IMG/VR virus record: IMGVR_UViG_3300005805_000251
Location: 1 to 34,618 of that record
Source of the DNA: a virus
Taxonomy: Duplodnaviria; Caudoviricetes
DNA length: 34,618 bases
Strand: one strand, 5' to 3'
Shown here: positions 1 to 7,439 of the stretch, piece by piece
How positions within the stretch are numbered: the first letter of the stretch is position 1
How the letters are laid out: each line of letters begins with the position of its first letter
Program-made: the position numbers and the translations under genes
The notes under the pieces: generated by a model
Seen by the model: the letters and a program-made list of their open reading frames with translations, nothing else
Told to the model about the DNA's origin: nothing
The model's database searches: none

Positions 1-201
1 CCAAATGAAGTAAGAATTAGAAAAGGTATGGTTCCTATGGAGGGCGGAGATGAAGTGGTAATTTTGAAGCCCCAAGACCAAGCAGAGCAAAGATCTCAAG
101 CTGGAAATACCAGGGCTAGGGGCCAGGAAAGATCAAACAATTCCCCAGACAATTCTGGGGAAGCCAGAAATCCACAGGGTGAAGGCAGACAAGTCGAGTA
201 A
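1..201 (+). CDS. Portal protein, C-terminal fragment (5' truncated by window)
   Basis: Frame 1 is open from base 1 to TAA at 199-201. It reads PNEVRIRKGMVPMEGGDEV..., matching the '(T)PNEVR...P.EGGD' C-terminal motif of HK97-like portals, and lies directly upstream of the prohead protease. Not in the supplied ORF track. Confidence 0.8.
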   Translation, partial: PNEVRIRKGMVPMEGGDEVVILKPQDQAEQRSQAGNTRARGQERSNNSPDNSGEARNPQGEGRQVE

Positions 202-219
202 TATTACTCAACTGATTAT

Positions 220-248
220 TTGCCTTTTTATATATAAAAATTTATAAT
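220..248 (+). promoter_or_regulatory. Sigma70/SigA-type promoter, probably giving a leaderless mRNA
   Basis: TTGCCT (220-225), 17-nt spacer, TATAAT (243-248). The ATG at 256 is 7 nt downstream and has no Shine-Dalgarno (SD). Confidence 0.75.
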
Positions 249-255
249 TAAGCAT

Positions 256-1566
256 ATGAATATTGAGAAATCTTTGTGGTCGTCTAATGGCGACGACATA
301 AGCCTTTCGGTACCCTTTACTAAGGTCAACCGTGAAAAACGTACTGTTTCGGGTTTTGCAACATTAGATAACCTAGATCAAACTGGCGATGTAGTGACTC
401 AAGAAGCGTCAGTAAAAGCATTTGAATCTTTCCGTGGAAACATTCGTGAAATGCATGGATCTAATGCTGTTGGAAAAATGGTTTCCTTTAAGCCAGAAGC
501 ATATTATGATGTTAAAAGCGGAGAATTCTATAATGGAGTTTATGTAGATGCTTACATTTCAAAAGGCGCACAAGATACATGGGAAAAGATTTTGGACGGA
601 ACTCTAGCGGGATTCTCAATCGGCGGAAAGATTATTGATTCAGAAAACGAAGTCAACAAGTCTACAGGTAAGCCAGTAAGATTTATTAAAGAATACGCTT
701 TAATGGAACTATCAGTAGTAGATTCCCCAGCGAATGAACTCTGCAATATTTTGTCAATTCAGAAAATGAACGGGCAATTAATGTTCAAAGGAATAGCAGC
801 AGAGACAAAAGTAGAAAATATTTTTTATTGCGAAGACAGCGATTCTGTTTTTATGTCAACAGAGGCAGAATATGTTTCCCCAGTATCTGGAAGACTAGCT
901 ACATTAATTGGCTGGGTAGAGTCTAATGATGTTAATAAAGCAAAAGAAATAAATAAGATTCTTGATTCGTACAAGCAATCAAGATTGACGTTGCCTGATA
1001 CACAAACAATTGCAAAACAGGCAAACGCAGAAGGAGGTAATGAAGTGTCAGAAAACATAGAAACATTAGCAGCAGTCGAAGAGACTCCTGTTGTTGAAAA
1101 ATCAGCTTCTGTTGAAGAAGCAGCACCTGTTGAAGCAGTAGCGGAAACAGTAGCAGACGCTTCTGCCGAAACTCTGGAAAAAGCAGCCGACGTATCCGAA
1201 GTTGAGGTTGATGAACCTGATTTTGCAAAGATGCTTGGCGATCTAAAAGGCTTTTTCTCTGAGACACTGAACAAGGCTTCTGAGGCAAATGCTGCCCAGG
1301 TTTCCGCAATCAAAGAGACTGTAGAAACTTTCAGCAAGAGCGTAGATACCAGAATTTCAGAATTGGCAGAACAGCATGCAGTCCTATCAAAGGCTGTAGA
1401 AGATATCAAGGGCACGATTGATGGCGTAGAAAAGCGTGTCGGAGCGGTAGAATCAGAAACCGCAGTTAAGAAGTCCTCTGACCTTGGCGGGTCACAGGAA
1501 GTAACAATAAAGAAATCAAAATGGAACGGTTCTTTCCTCGGTTCCGTGAATGAACTTATTAAATAA
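256..1566 (+). CDS. Prohead (capsid maturation) protease fused to a C-terminal scaffolding region
   Basis: N-terminal HK97-type protease motifs (VSGFAT..NLDQTGDVV, IREMH, LAGFSIGG, LMELSVVDSPAN), then an acidic Ala/Glu-rich linker and a coiled-coil C-terminus. Located between portal and capsid. Confidence 0.88.
   Translation: MNIEKSLWSSNGDDISLSVPFTKVNREKRTVSGFATLDNLDQTGDVVTQEASVKAFESFRGNIREMHGSNAVGKMVSFKPEAYYDVKSGEFYNGVYVDAYISKGAQDTWEKILDGTLAGFSIGGKIIDSENEVNKSTGKPVRFIKEYALMELSVVDSPANELCNILSIQKMNGQLMFKGIAAETKVENIFYCEDSDSVFMSTEAEYVSPVSGRLATLIGWVESNDVNKAKEINKILDSYKQSRLTLPDTQTIAKQANAEGGNEVSENIETLAAVEETPVVEKSASVEEAAPVEAVAETVADASAETLEKAADVSEVEVDEPDFAKMLGDLKGFFSETLNKASEANAAQVSAIKETVETFSKSVDTRISELAEQHAVLSKAVEDIKGTIDGVEKRVGAVESETAVKKSSDLGGSQEVTIKKSKWNGSFLGSVNELIK
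1045..1566 (+). CDS. Putative nested scaffolding protein (internal in-frame start in the protease gene)
   Basis: Strong SD AAGGAGGT (1031-1038) lies 6 nt before an in-frame GTG (1045), exactly where the acidic/coiled-coil region begins. Would give 173 aa. Confidence 0.65.
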   Translation: MSENIETLAAVEETPVVEKSASVEEAAPVEAVAETVADASAETLEKAADVSEVEVDEPDFAKMLGDLKGFFSETLNKASEANAAQVSAIKETVETFSKSVDTRISELAEQHAVLSKAVEDIKGTIDGVEKRVGAVESETAVKKSSDLGGSQEVTIKKSKWNGSFLGSVNELIK

Positions 1567-1585
1567 AGGTAGGTGAAAAAATATA

Positions 1586-2638
1586 ATGAGCAATGAAAAC
1601 TTAGAAAAAGCAGTTGCAGCAAATACAACTTTGACAACGGCGATGACTGGATCAGCTACGGCTACTTCAGGAATCCACGTTGCAGCAGAAGGAGAAGGTG
1701 GTCTACTCAACCCTGAGCAGTCCGCACGTTTCCTTGATTACATGTTTGATGCAACCGTAATTGGTAAGGTGGCTCGTACTGTTCGCATGCGAGCAGACAC
1801 CACAGAGATTGATCGTATTGGCGTTGGTGAGAAGCTTATGGTTCTCGCTTCTGAGGCAGATGATGCACAGGCAGCAAACAAAGCAGTATCCTTCTCCAAG
1901 ATCTCTCTCACAACAAAGAAGCTTCGCTTGGATTGGGAGCTTTCAACCGAGTCTCTAGAGGACAACATCGAGGGTCCAGATCTAGAAGACCACATTGCCC
2001 GCATGATGGCAACACAGGCAGGTAATGACATTGAAGATGTAATTCTCAATGGTAATACAGCACTAACTTCAGATAACCTATACAAGGCATTTGATGGTGT
2101 TGTAAAGAAGGCAAAGGCTTATGGTCATGTTGTTGATGCAGCAGGTGCTAACGTATCTCGTGCAATCTTCAATAGCGCACTCAAGGCTCTCCCACGTAAG
2201 TACAAGCAGCGTCGTTCAGACCTTCGCTTCCTCACTGGTTCCAATTTGATTCAGGACTTCCTGTACGCAAATAGCATTGGAACACAAAACACAATCCCAC
2301 AAGATATCGCTTCAAGCATTATCCGTGGAGATGTTCAACCACTAGGTGGTCCAGCAGGATATGTAGCTCCATACGCATTTGGTATTCCAATCGTTGAAGT
2401 TCCACTTCTTCCTGAAGCACAAGATGGAGATTATTCAGGCGAAACTGGCAACCATGGAGATATCCACTTGACATTCCCAAATAACGTAGTTATTGGTATC
2501 AAGCGTGATGTAACCGTATACCGCTTCTTCTGGCCAAAGAAGGATGCTATCGAATATACAATGTATACTCGTGTTGGCGTTCAAATTGAGCAAGCAGACG
2601 CATGGGTTGTTGTTAAGAACGTTAAGGTCGCTTCCTAA
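1586..2638 (+). CDS. Major capsid protein (HK97 fold)
   Basis: 350 aa with GGLLNPEQSARF, ELSTESLEDNIEG, EDVILNG and FGIPIVEVP motifs. SD AGGTAGGTG, codon usage typical of highly expressed genes, and a terminator follows. Confidence 0.93.
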   Translation: MSNENLEKAVAANTTLTTAMTGSATATSGIHVAAEGEGGLLNPEQSARFLDYMFDATVIGKVARTVRMRADTTEIDRIGVGEKLMVLASEADDAQAANKAVSFSKISLTTKKLRLDWELSTESLEDNIEGPDLEDHIARMMATQAGNDIEDVILNGNTALTSDNLYKAFDGVVKKAKAYGHVVDAAGANVSRAIFNSALKALPRKYKQRRSDLRFLTGSNLIQDFLYANSIGTQNTIPQDIASSIIRGDVQPLGGPAGYVAPYAFGIPIVEVPLLPEAQDGDYSGETGNHGDIHLTFPNNVVIGIKRDVTVYRFFWPKKDAIEYTMYTRVGVQIEQADAWVVVKNVKVAS

Positions 2639-2657
2639 TTTAGGATTTAGATCTGCT

Positions 2658-2687
2658 AAAAGCCCCCAATTAATTTTGGGGGCTTTT
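2658..2687 (+). terminator. Intrinsic terminator, likely bidirectional
   Basis: AAAAGCCCCCAA-TTAATT-TTGGGGGCTTTT hairpin 20 nt after the capsid stop. Confidence 0.85.
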
Positions 2688-2703
2688 CATTTAAATTTCT
2701 TAA

Positions 2704-2712
2704 TGCTATAAT
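2704..2712 (+). promoter_or_regulatory. Extended -10 promoter
   Basis: TGCTATAAT immediately after the terminator, followed by SD AAGGAG and ATG 2738. Confidence 0.6.
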
Positions 2713-2737
2713 TGAATTACCTAGCTAAGGAGATAAA

Positions 2738-3133
2738 ATGTCATTTGATACACTTAAAGTATCTGAATTAAAAAAAATAGCAGAAGATTTTGCTGTTGAT
2801 ATAGATGGCCGAAAAGGGAAATCTGATATCGTAGCGGCCCTCGCAGAAGAGGGTGTAACATGGTCAATATATAAGAAGACCCTAGACACTAAAGAGGAAG
2901 AAGATATGTCAGTAGAAGTTTTACCAAAATTTGATCCAAAGAAAGAACTAAAGGAAGACAATGTTCTTGTTAGAATGACCAGAGCAAACTTTAGATATGA
3001 TATTATGGGATTTACCTTTACAAGGGAACATCCTTTTGTGGCTATGAGCAATGAAAAAGCTCAGGCAATTTTTGACAAGGAGGAAGGTTTCAGATTGGCT
3101 ACTCCTAAAGAAGTTCAGGAGTTTTACAACTAA
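2738..3133 (+). CDS. Hypothetical protein with N-terminal Rho_N/HeH-like helix-extension-helix domain
   Basis: TLKVSELKKIAEDFAVDIDGRKGKSDIVAAL resembles Rho N-terminal/HeH domains, which are common after phage capsid genes. Confidence 0.6.
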   Translation: MSFDTLKVSELKKIAEDFAVDIDGRKGKSDIVAALAEEGVTWSIYKKTLDTKEEEDMSVEVLPKFDPKKELKEDNVLVRMTRANFRYDIMGFTFTREHPFVAMSNEKAQAIFDKEEGFRLATPKEVQEFYN

Positions 3134-3142
3134 GCCTATTAA

Positions 3143-4129
3143 ATGGCAGAGATATACTTAAACTCAAGTTCACCAGTAACGCATCAAGTATTCTGGCAAG
3201 GAGTGGCATCTGACGTAGACTCGTCTTTGCCTACTGTAAAAATTTACGATGTTACTCAAGACCCTATGGTTAATCCACTAATTAGTCCAACATCAGTCAT
3301 AGGCTCGCTAATAGCTGAAAAAGATGAAACAAATACAGGTCTATACGTAGTTAATTTACCTTACTCAATTACAAATAGAAATAGAACTCTTAAATTAACT
3401 TGGGAATACACAGTTGGCGGCACAGCTATATCAAAAGATCATATAATATTTATAGTAACGCCTTACACAGATCTAACTCAATCTTCACAAGAATTAGGAC
3501 TAAGTACAGATTTTACAGATCCAAACTATGTTACTTATAAAGAACTGGTTTCGGCAGAAAAATATGCAAGAAAAATTATTGAAGATTATACTGGTCAAGA
3601 ATTTTATTTATATGATGATACTTTTACAGTATATGGTTCCGAATCAGATATATTGCCGTTACCATATAAAATAAATAATTTACATAGCCTTCATGCCAAT
3701 GATATCTTGCTTGTTAATAATCTTACAAATGTAAATAATTGGAACTACACAACACAAATATCTGAATCTGGTTTTGGAATAAGAGTTAACCGTGCAAGCA
3801 TGCTAGATAATACAGTTTATACTGCTAATGGCATGGTACCACCATCAATAAATGATACTTATTATGGAGTCTTTAGAAAAAATGTCCCATATCTTGTATA
3901 TGGAAGATTTGGTTGGAATAAAGTCCCAGACAATGTTGAGCTTGCTTGTATAGAGCTAATGAAAGATTATTTTGCTAAAGATAAAACTTGGAGAAATAAA
4001 TATATTAAAAATATACAAACATTTGACTGGCAATTTGAATATTCAGACGATGCTACAAAAGGAACTGGAAACTTGTACGCAGATCAATTATTGTCACCAT
4101 ATATAATTAATAGCATGGTAGTGGTCTAA
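3143..4129 (+). CDS. Head-tail connector (adaptor) protein with N-terminal Ig-like domain
   Basis: AEKYARKIIEDYTGQEF and VYGRFGWNKVPDNVELACIEL...ADQLLSPY are typical of gp6/gp15-type adaptors; synteny agrees. Confidence 0.72.
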   Translation: MAEIYLNSSSPVTHQVFWQGVASDVDSSLPTVKIYDVTQDPMVNPLISPTSVIGSLIAEKDETNTGLYVVNLPYSITNRNRTLKLTWEYTVGGTAISKDHIIFIVTPYTDLTQSSQELGLSTDFTDPNYVTYKELVSAEKYARKIIEDYTGQEFYLYDDTFTVYGSESDILPLPYKINNLHSLHANDILLVNNLTNVNNWNYTTQISESGFGIRVNRASMLDNTVYTANGMVPPSINDTYYGVFRKNVPYLVYGRFGWNKVPDNVELACIELMKDYFAKDKTWRNKYIKNIQTFDWQFEYSDDATKGTGNLYADQLLSPYIINSMVVV

Positions 4130-4130
4130 A

Positions 4131-4559
4131 ATGCATGATCTTATAGATTCCATATTGTCTATGAGAATGGATGTATATCGACAAAGAGAAACTCAAGACG
4201 AATATACTGGAGCCATCAAAAGAGAGTGGATGTATTATAAAACTGTTGATTGTCACGCCAAAGGTATAATAAGCAATTCGGCAACCACTAGAAGTAGCGA
4301 CAAGCAAATATTTGACAATAGATATATAAATGATCAAATGATACAAGTTAGAACTATTGAAAAAATTACAGGCAAAGAAAAAGTTACTAACATAAGAAAT
4401 GCTAGTGGGGAATATATTTGGACTGAATTAAATTATCCTCAAGAAACTCCAACTGTATTTGAAGTAGTGGGCACTACGCCAATAACAGATCCTTTCGGTA
4501 GAACAGTAGGGTACAACTCAGCATTAAAGAGATCGGAGAATCAAGGAATTGGAATCTAA
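4131..4559 (+). CDS. Putative head closure (stopper) protein
   Basis: Size, position after the adaptor, and the 'MDVYRQ...QDEYTGAIKREW' N-terminus resemble SPP1 gp16-like proteins. Confidence 0.55.
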   Translation: MHDLIDSILSMRMDVYRQRETQDEYTGAIKREWMYYKTVDCHAKGIISNSATTRSSDKQIFDNRYINDQMIQVRTIEKITGKEKVTNIRNASGEYIWTELNYPQETPTVFEVVGTTPITDPFGRTVGYNSALKRSENQGIGI

Positions 4560-5319
4560 CGTTTTAGTTCAAGCAACAAGTTCTTTACAAAAACTTATGT
4601 CGTCTAATAACTCTGGCATGTTTAGAAATAGCATTATTGCTCAAATAGCTGCTTATGTGTACTACAATGCTGAGGTAATGACATCGGTAATGAATAATCC
4701 TGGATTTAAAAATAAATTTAATACAATTATATTTAATCAGATAGAAAAAGACTTTAGCGATTATATTGATGCAAAAGCTAGAACGTCGCCAAAATCATTG
4801 CACCATGTTTATGAATGGCAAAGATCTGGAGATTCTGGAGCCAGATTATTTAAATTAAATAAAATTGAAGGAAACGATATATCGTTTAAAATAGATTATG
4901 ATTTTTTACCATCAAAGTCATTTGCAAAGGGAGATTCTAAAAGAAGACATGTATTTGTAAATAAAGCATCCGTCATGGAATCTGGAATGCCCGTTAAAAT
5001 TGCTCCACGCTTCTCAGAGAGGCTAGTATTTGAAAGTAATGGTTATACTGTCTATATGCCAAAAGGTGCCTCTGTGACCGTCAGAAGGCCAGGAGGAGCT
5101 GGTGTAAAAAATGCATTTCAAATGGCATATTCACATTTCTTTAAAGGTAATTTGGTTAATGAATCAATTAAAAGATCTGGATTTCAAAACCTATTTAATT
5201 CTTCTATATCAAAAGCTTTAAATTTACCAGCGGATATAAAGCGTGTTAAATATACATTTAGCCCTAATGCTTTGAAAATGCAGGCCAATGCAGCAGTCGC
5301 TACGGCGTTTGGAGTATAG
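4549..5319 (+). CDS. Putative neck/tail completion protein
   Basis: Basic 256-aa protein (TTG start) between stopper and tail terminator; the 'LVF...G..VY...V..PG' motif resembles neck proteins. Mostly a synteny-based call. Confidence 0.45.
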   Translation: MESNVLVQATSSLQKLMSSNNSGMFRNSIIAQIAAYVYYNAEVMTSVMNNPGFKNKFNTIIFNQIEKDFSDYIDAKARTSPKSLHHVYEWQRSGDSGARLFKLNKIEGNDISFKIDYDFLPSKSFAKGDSKRRHVFVNKASVMESGMPVKIAPRFSERLVFESNGYTVYMPKGASVTVRRPGGAGVKNAFQMAYSHFFKGNLVNESIKRSGFQNLFNSSISKALNLPADIKRVKYTFSPNALKMQANAAVATAFGV

Positions 5320-5321
5320 CC

Positions 5322-5852
5322 ATGGTTGATTATAAAAAAGATGCAGCAGTAGAAATAAGAAATTATCTTTGGTATAAGTTAAAACAAGACAATATATTGA
5401 CAGCATCAGATTATACAGACGGAAATGCCAACACCATAGTTCCTATTATCCCTGTCCAACAGGTCCCAGAAATGACTAATTTCTTTTTAGGTCCAACTTC
5501 TGCGACTTCAGATAATAAAACTCATATTGTATATGACAAAATAGGAATATCGTATGAAGAAAACTGGGTCATATGCTGTGAGCAAATAGTGTTTACTGTA
5601 TATGCAATAGATTATGAAAAGATAACTACAATTAGAAACTTTATGATGGACTTATTTAGAAGAATGGATGAGTCAGCTAGAGACGTAAACTCATGGTCAG
5701 GAAAGTCCCCAGAGTTTAAGTTCCATAGCATATACATAGCAGACATATCGCCAACGCAGCCCTCTGAAGAAATACAGGGTTTTTTAGCAGAAGAAATTGT
5801 TTTAGAGATAAAATATTCAAGAGATGCAGATAAAAACGGCAGATTTGTGTAA
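5322..5852 (+). CDS. Putative tail terminator protein
   Basis: Acidic 176-aa protein immediately before the major tail gene. Synteny-based call. Confidence 0.55.
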   Translation: MVDYKKDAAVEIRNYLWYKLKQDNILTASDYTDGNANTIVPIIPVQQVPEMTNFFLGPTSATSDNKTHIVYDKIGISYEENWVICCEQIVFTVYAIDYEKITTIRNFMMDLFRRMDESARDVNSWSGKSPEFKFHSIYIADISPTQPSEEIQGFLAEEIVLEIKYSRDADKNGRFV

Positions 5853-5853
5853 T

Positions 5854-5882
5854 TTGCCTTATGACCCTTTATCACCTAAAAT
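5854..5882 (+). promoter_or_regulatory. Promoter for major tail protein
   Basis: TTGCCT (5854-5859), 17-nt spacer, TAAAAT (5877-5882). Same -35 hexamer as the promoter at 220. SD AAGGAGG at 5944-5950. Confidence 0.7.
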
Positions 5883-5960
5883 TGGATATAGAGGAAAGGG
5901 CCTAGCCAGCCACACTAAAACATATATATATATATTTTAACGTAAGGAGGAAAAAATAAT

Positions 5961-6671
5961 ATGGCAAGAGTAGGTTATAACTCAGCTAAAAATATTATCG
6001 TTGGTGCTTCACCGCTTTGGATTAGCAAGACCTCAACAGATCTTGATCCAACCAAGACATCACCAGCACACGCATTTGTAACTGGCACGTCTTATGCAAC
6101 AACACTAGATGCATCCACCACAAATTGGCGAAATGTTGGTTACACCAACAATGGTCTTCAAATTACTTACAACCCAACATACGGTTCAGTAACTGTAGAC
6201 CAATTGCTTGACTCCGCAAAACTCTTTAAAGAGTCTATGGAAGTTATGCTAATGACTGAAATGGCAGAAGGAACTCTAGAAAATATTCTAGTTGTTTTCG
6301 GACAGCCAGGAGGAAGCTCAGGAGTTACTTCAATCAGTGGAAATGAAACTTTGACATCAGCAGAACCAACTTCTACAACTACACAACAGTTGGGTCTAGC
6401 AGCAGGTGCATTGCTTTCAGAGCCAACAGAGCGTCAGCTCTGTGCAGTCGGTCCAGCCCCAGACTATTCTGGCGCTTCGGCTAATACAGGTTATACAAGA
6501 AATGAGCGTGTATATTATGGACGCCGAGTTTTGTCTGTTCAACAGTCACAATTCTCGTTGGCACGTAATACACCAACCACATTCCCAGTAACCTTCCGTC
6601 TTCTACCATCTGGTGACACAGCTCACGTAGGTGCAGAGTACGGTAAGATTATTGATCGTTTGTACTCGTAA
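5961..6671 (+). CDS. Major tail (tube) protein
   Basis: NIIVGA, WRNVGYTNNGLQITYNP...TVDQLLD and FPVTFRLLP motifs of siphophage tail tube proteins. Strong SD, followed by a terminator and the chaperone gene. Confidence 0.85.
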   Translation: MARVGYNSAKNIIVGASPLWISKTSTDLDPTKTSPAHAFVTGTSYATTLDASTTNWRNVGYTNNGLQITYNPTYGSVTVDQLLDSAKLFKESMEVMLMTEMAEGTLENILVVFGQPGGSSGVTSISGNETLTSAEPTSTTTQQLGLAAGALLSEPTERQLCAVGPAPDYSGASANTGYTRNERVYYGRRVLSVQQSQFSLARNTPTTFPVTFRLLPSGDTAHVGAEYGKIIDRLYS

Positions 6672-6685
6672 TTAATTATTAGTTA

Positions 6686-6716
6686 GCAAAAGCCCCTAGA
6701 AATAGGGGCTTTCTGC
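6686..6716 (+). terminator. Intrinsic terminator
   Basis: GCAAAAGCCCCTA-GAAA-TAGGGGCTTTCTGC hairpin with a GNRA loop after the tail gene stop. Confidence 0.82.
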
Positions 6717-6745
6717 TTGTGTTAATAAATTCTTTTTGTTATAAT
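6717..6745 (+). promoter_or_regulatory. Promoter for tail chaperone/tape measure operon
   Basis: TTGTGT (6717-6722), 17-nt spacer, TATAAT (6740-6745), with a TG extension at 6737-6738. Confidence 0.68.
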
Positions 6746-6771
6746 GATTTAGAATCCTAAAGGAGGATAAA

Positions 6772-7104
6772 TTGGCAACTACAGTATACGACGTAGAAGA
6801 CATTAAGCTACAAAATGGCTCAACGGTTCAATTAAAGCCACTATCAATTAAGCAGCTGCGTAAATTTATGGCAGCAATGAATAAGGCTTCCGAGGCCACA
6901 ACAGAAGATCAATCGCTAAGCGTACTTATTGATGCTTGTGCAATTGCATTAGAAACACAACTACCAGATTTGGTTAAGGATAGAGATAAGCTAGAGGAAG
7001 CTCTAGATGTTCCTACCATTAACAGAATTCTTGAAGTTTGTGGGGGAATCAGGCTTGATGACCCAAACCTAGTAGCGGCAGCGGTACTGGCTGGTCAGAA
7101 CTAG
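6772..7104 (+). CDS. Tail assembly chaperone (lambda gpG equivalent)
   Basis: 110 aa, TTG start with SD AAGGAGG, located between major tail and tape measure genes; LKPLSIKQLRKF motif. Confidence 0.82.
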   Translation: MATTVYDVEDIKLQNGSTVQLKPLSIKQLRKFMAAMNKASEATTEDQSLSVLIDACAIALETQLPDLVKDRDKLEEALDVPTINRILEVCGGIRLDDPNLVAAAVLAGQN

Positions 7105-7430
7105 ACTTAGCCGCTTTATTAGGTAGAGTTTTTCTTTTAGGCTCTTGGAAAACTTACCAAGATCTAGAAGAAAGCCTATCAATGCCAGAACTCTTGCAAA
7201 CAATAGAATCAATGCAAGAAAAAGAAAAAGAAAATAGAATATTCTTGGCTTCTCTACAAGGTGTAGATCTAAGAGAAAATCAAGAACAAGAGACTAAAAC
7301 CTTTGAAGATATTCGAAGAAAGGCTCTGGGAATAAATGCCAGTGGAGATGATGTAGTTTCTCTGCAAGGTGGTTTAGCTGCAGAGGCAGGATTCGGAATT
7401 GGAATGGGATTAGGGTATTCTAAGGAGTAA
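6772..7430 (+). CDS. Tail assembly chaperone, frameshifted long form (gpGT equivalent, about 219 aa)
   Basis: The -1 frame from 7062 reads ...PSSGSGTGWSELDLAALLGRVFLLGSWKTYQDLEESLSMPELL... and includes the annotated 7182..7430 ORF, whose ATG lacks an SD. Confidence 0.78.
7062..7068 (+). other. Programmed -1 ribosomal frameshift slippery site C CCA AAC
   Basis: X XXY YYZ heptamer in the correct phase. The -1 frame opens exactly here (TGA at 7059-7061) and stays open to 7430. Confidence 0.82.
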
Positions 7431-7439
7431 TATAGTTAA

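Noticed and set aside
825-1637. 270-aa minus-strand ORF
   Set aside because: Antisense shadow of the Ala/Glu-rich protease-scaffold. Its Ser/Thr/Phe-rich composition is what the reverse complement of biased codons gives, and I see no supporting promoter or SD.
7182-7430. Stand-alone 82-aa gene
   Set aside because: No SD, and its frame is open back to the slippery site at 7062, so it is better explained as the frameshifted chaperone extension.
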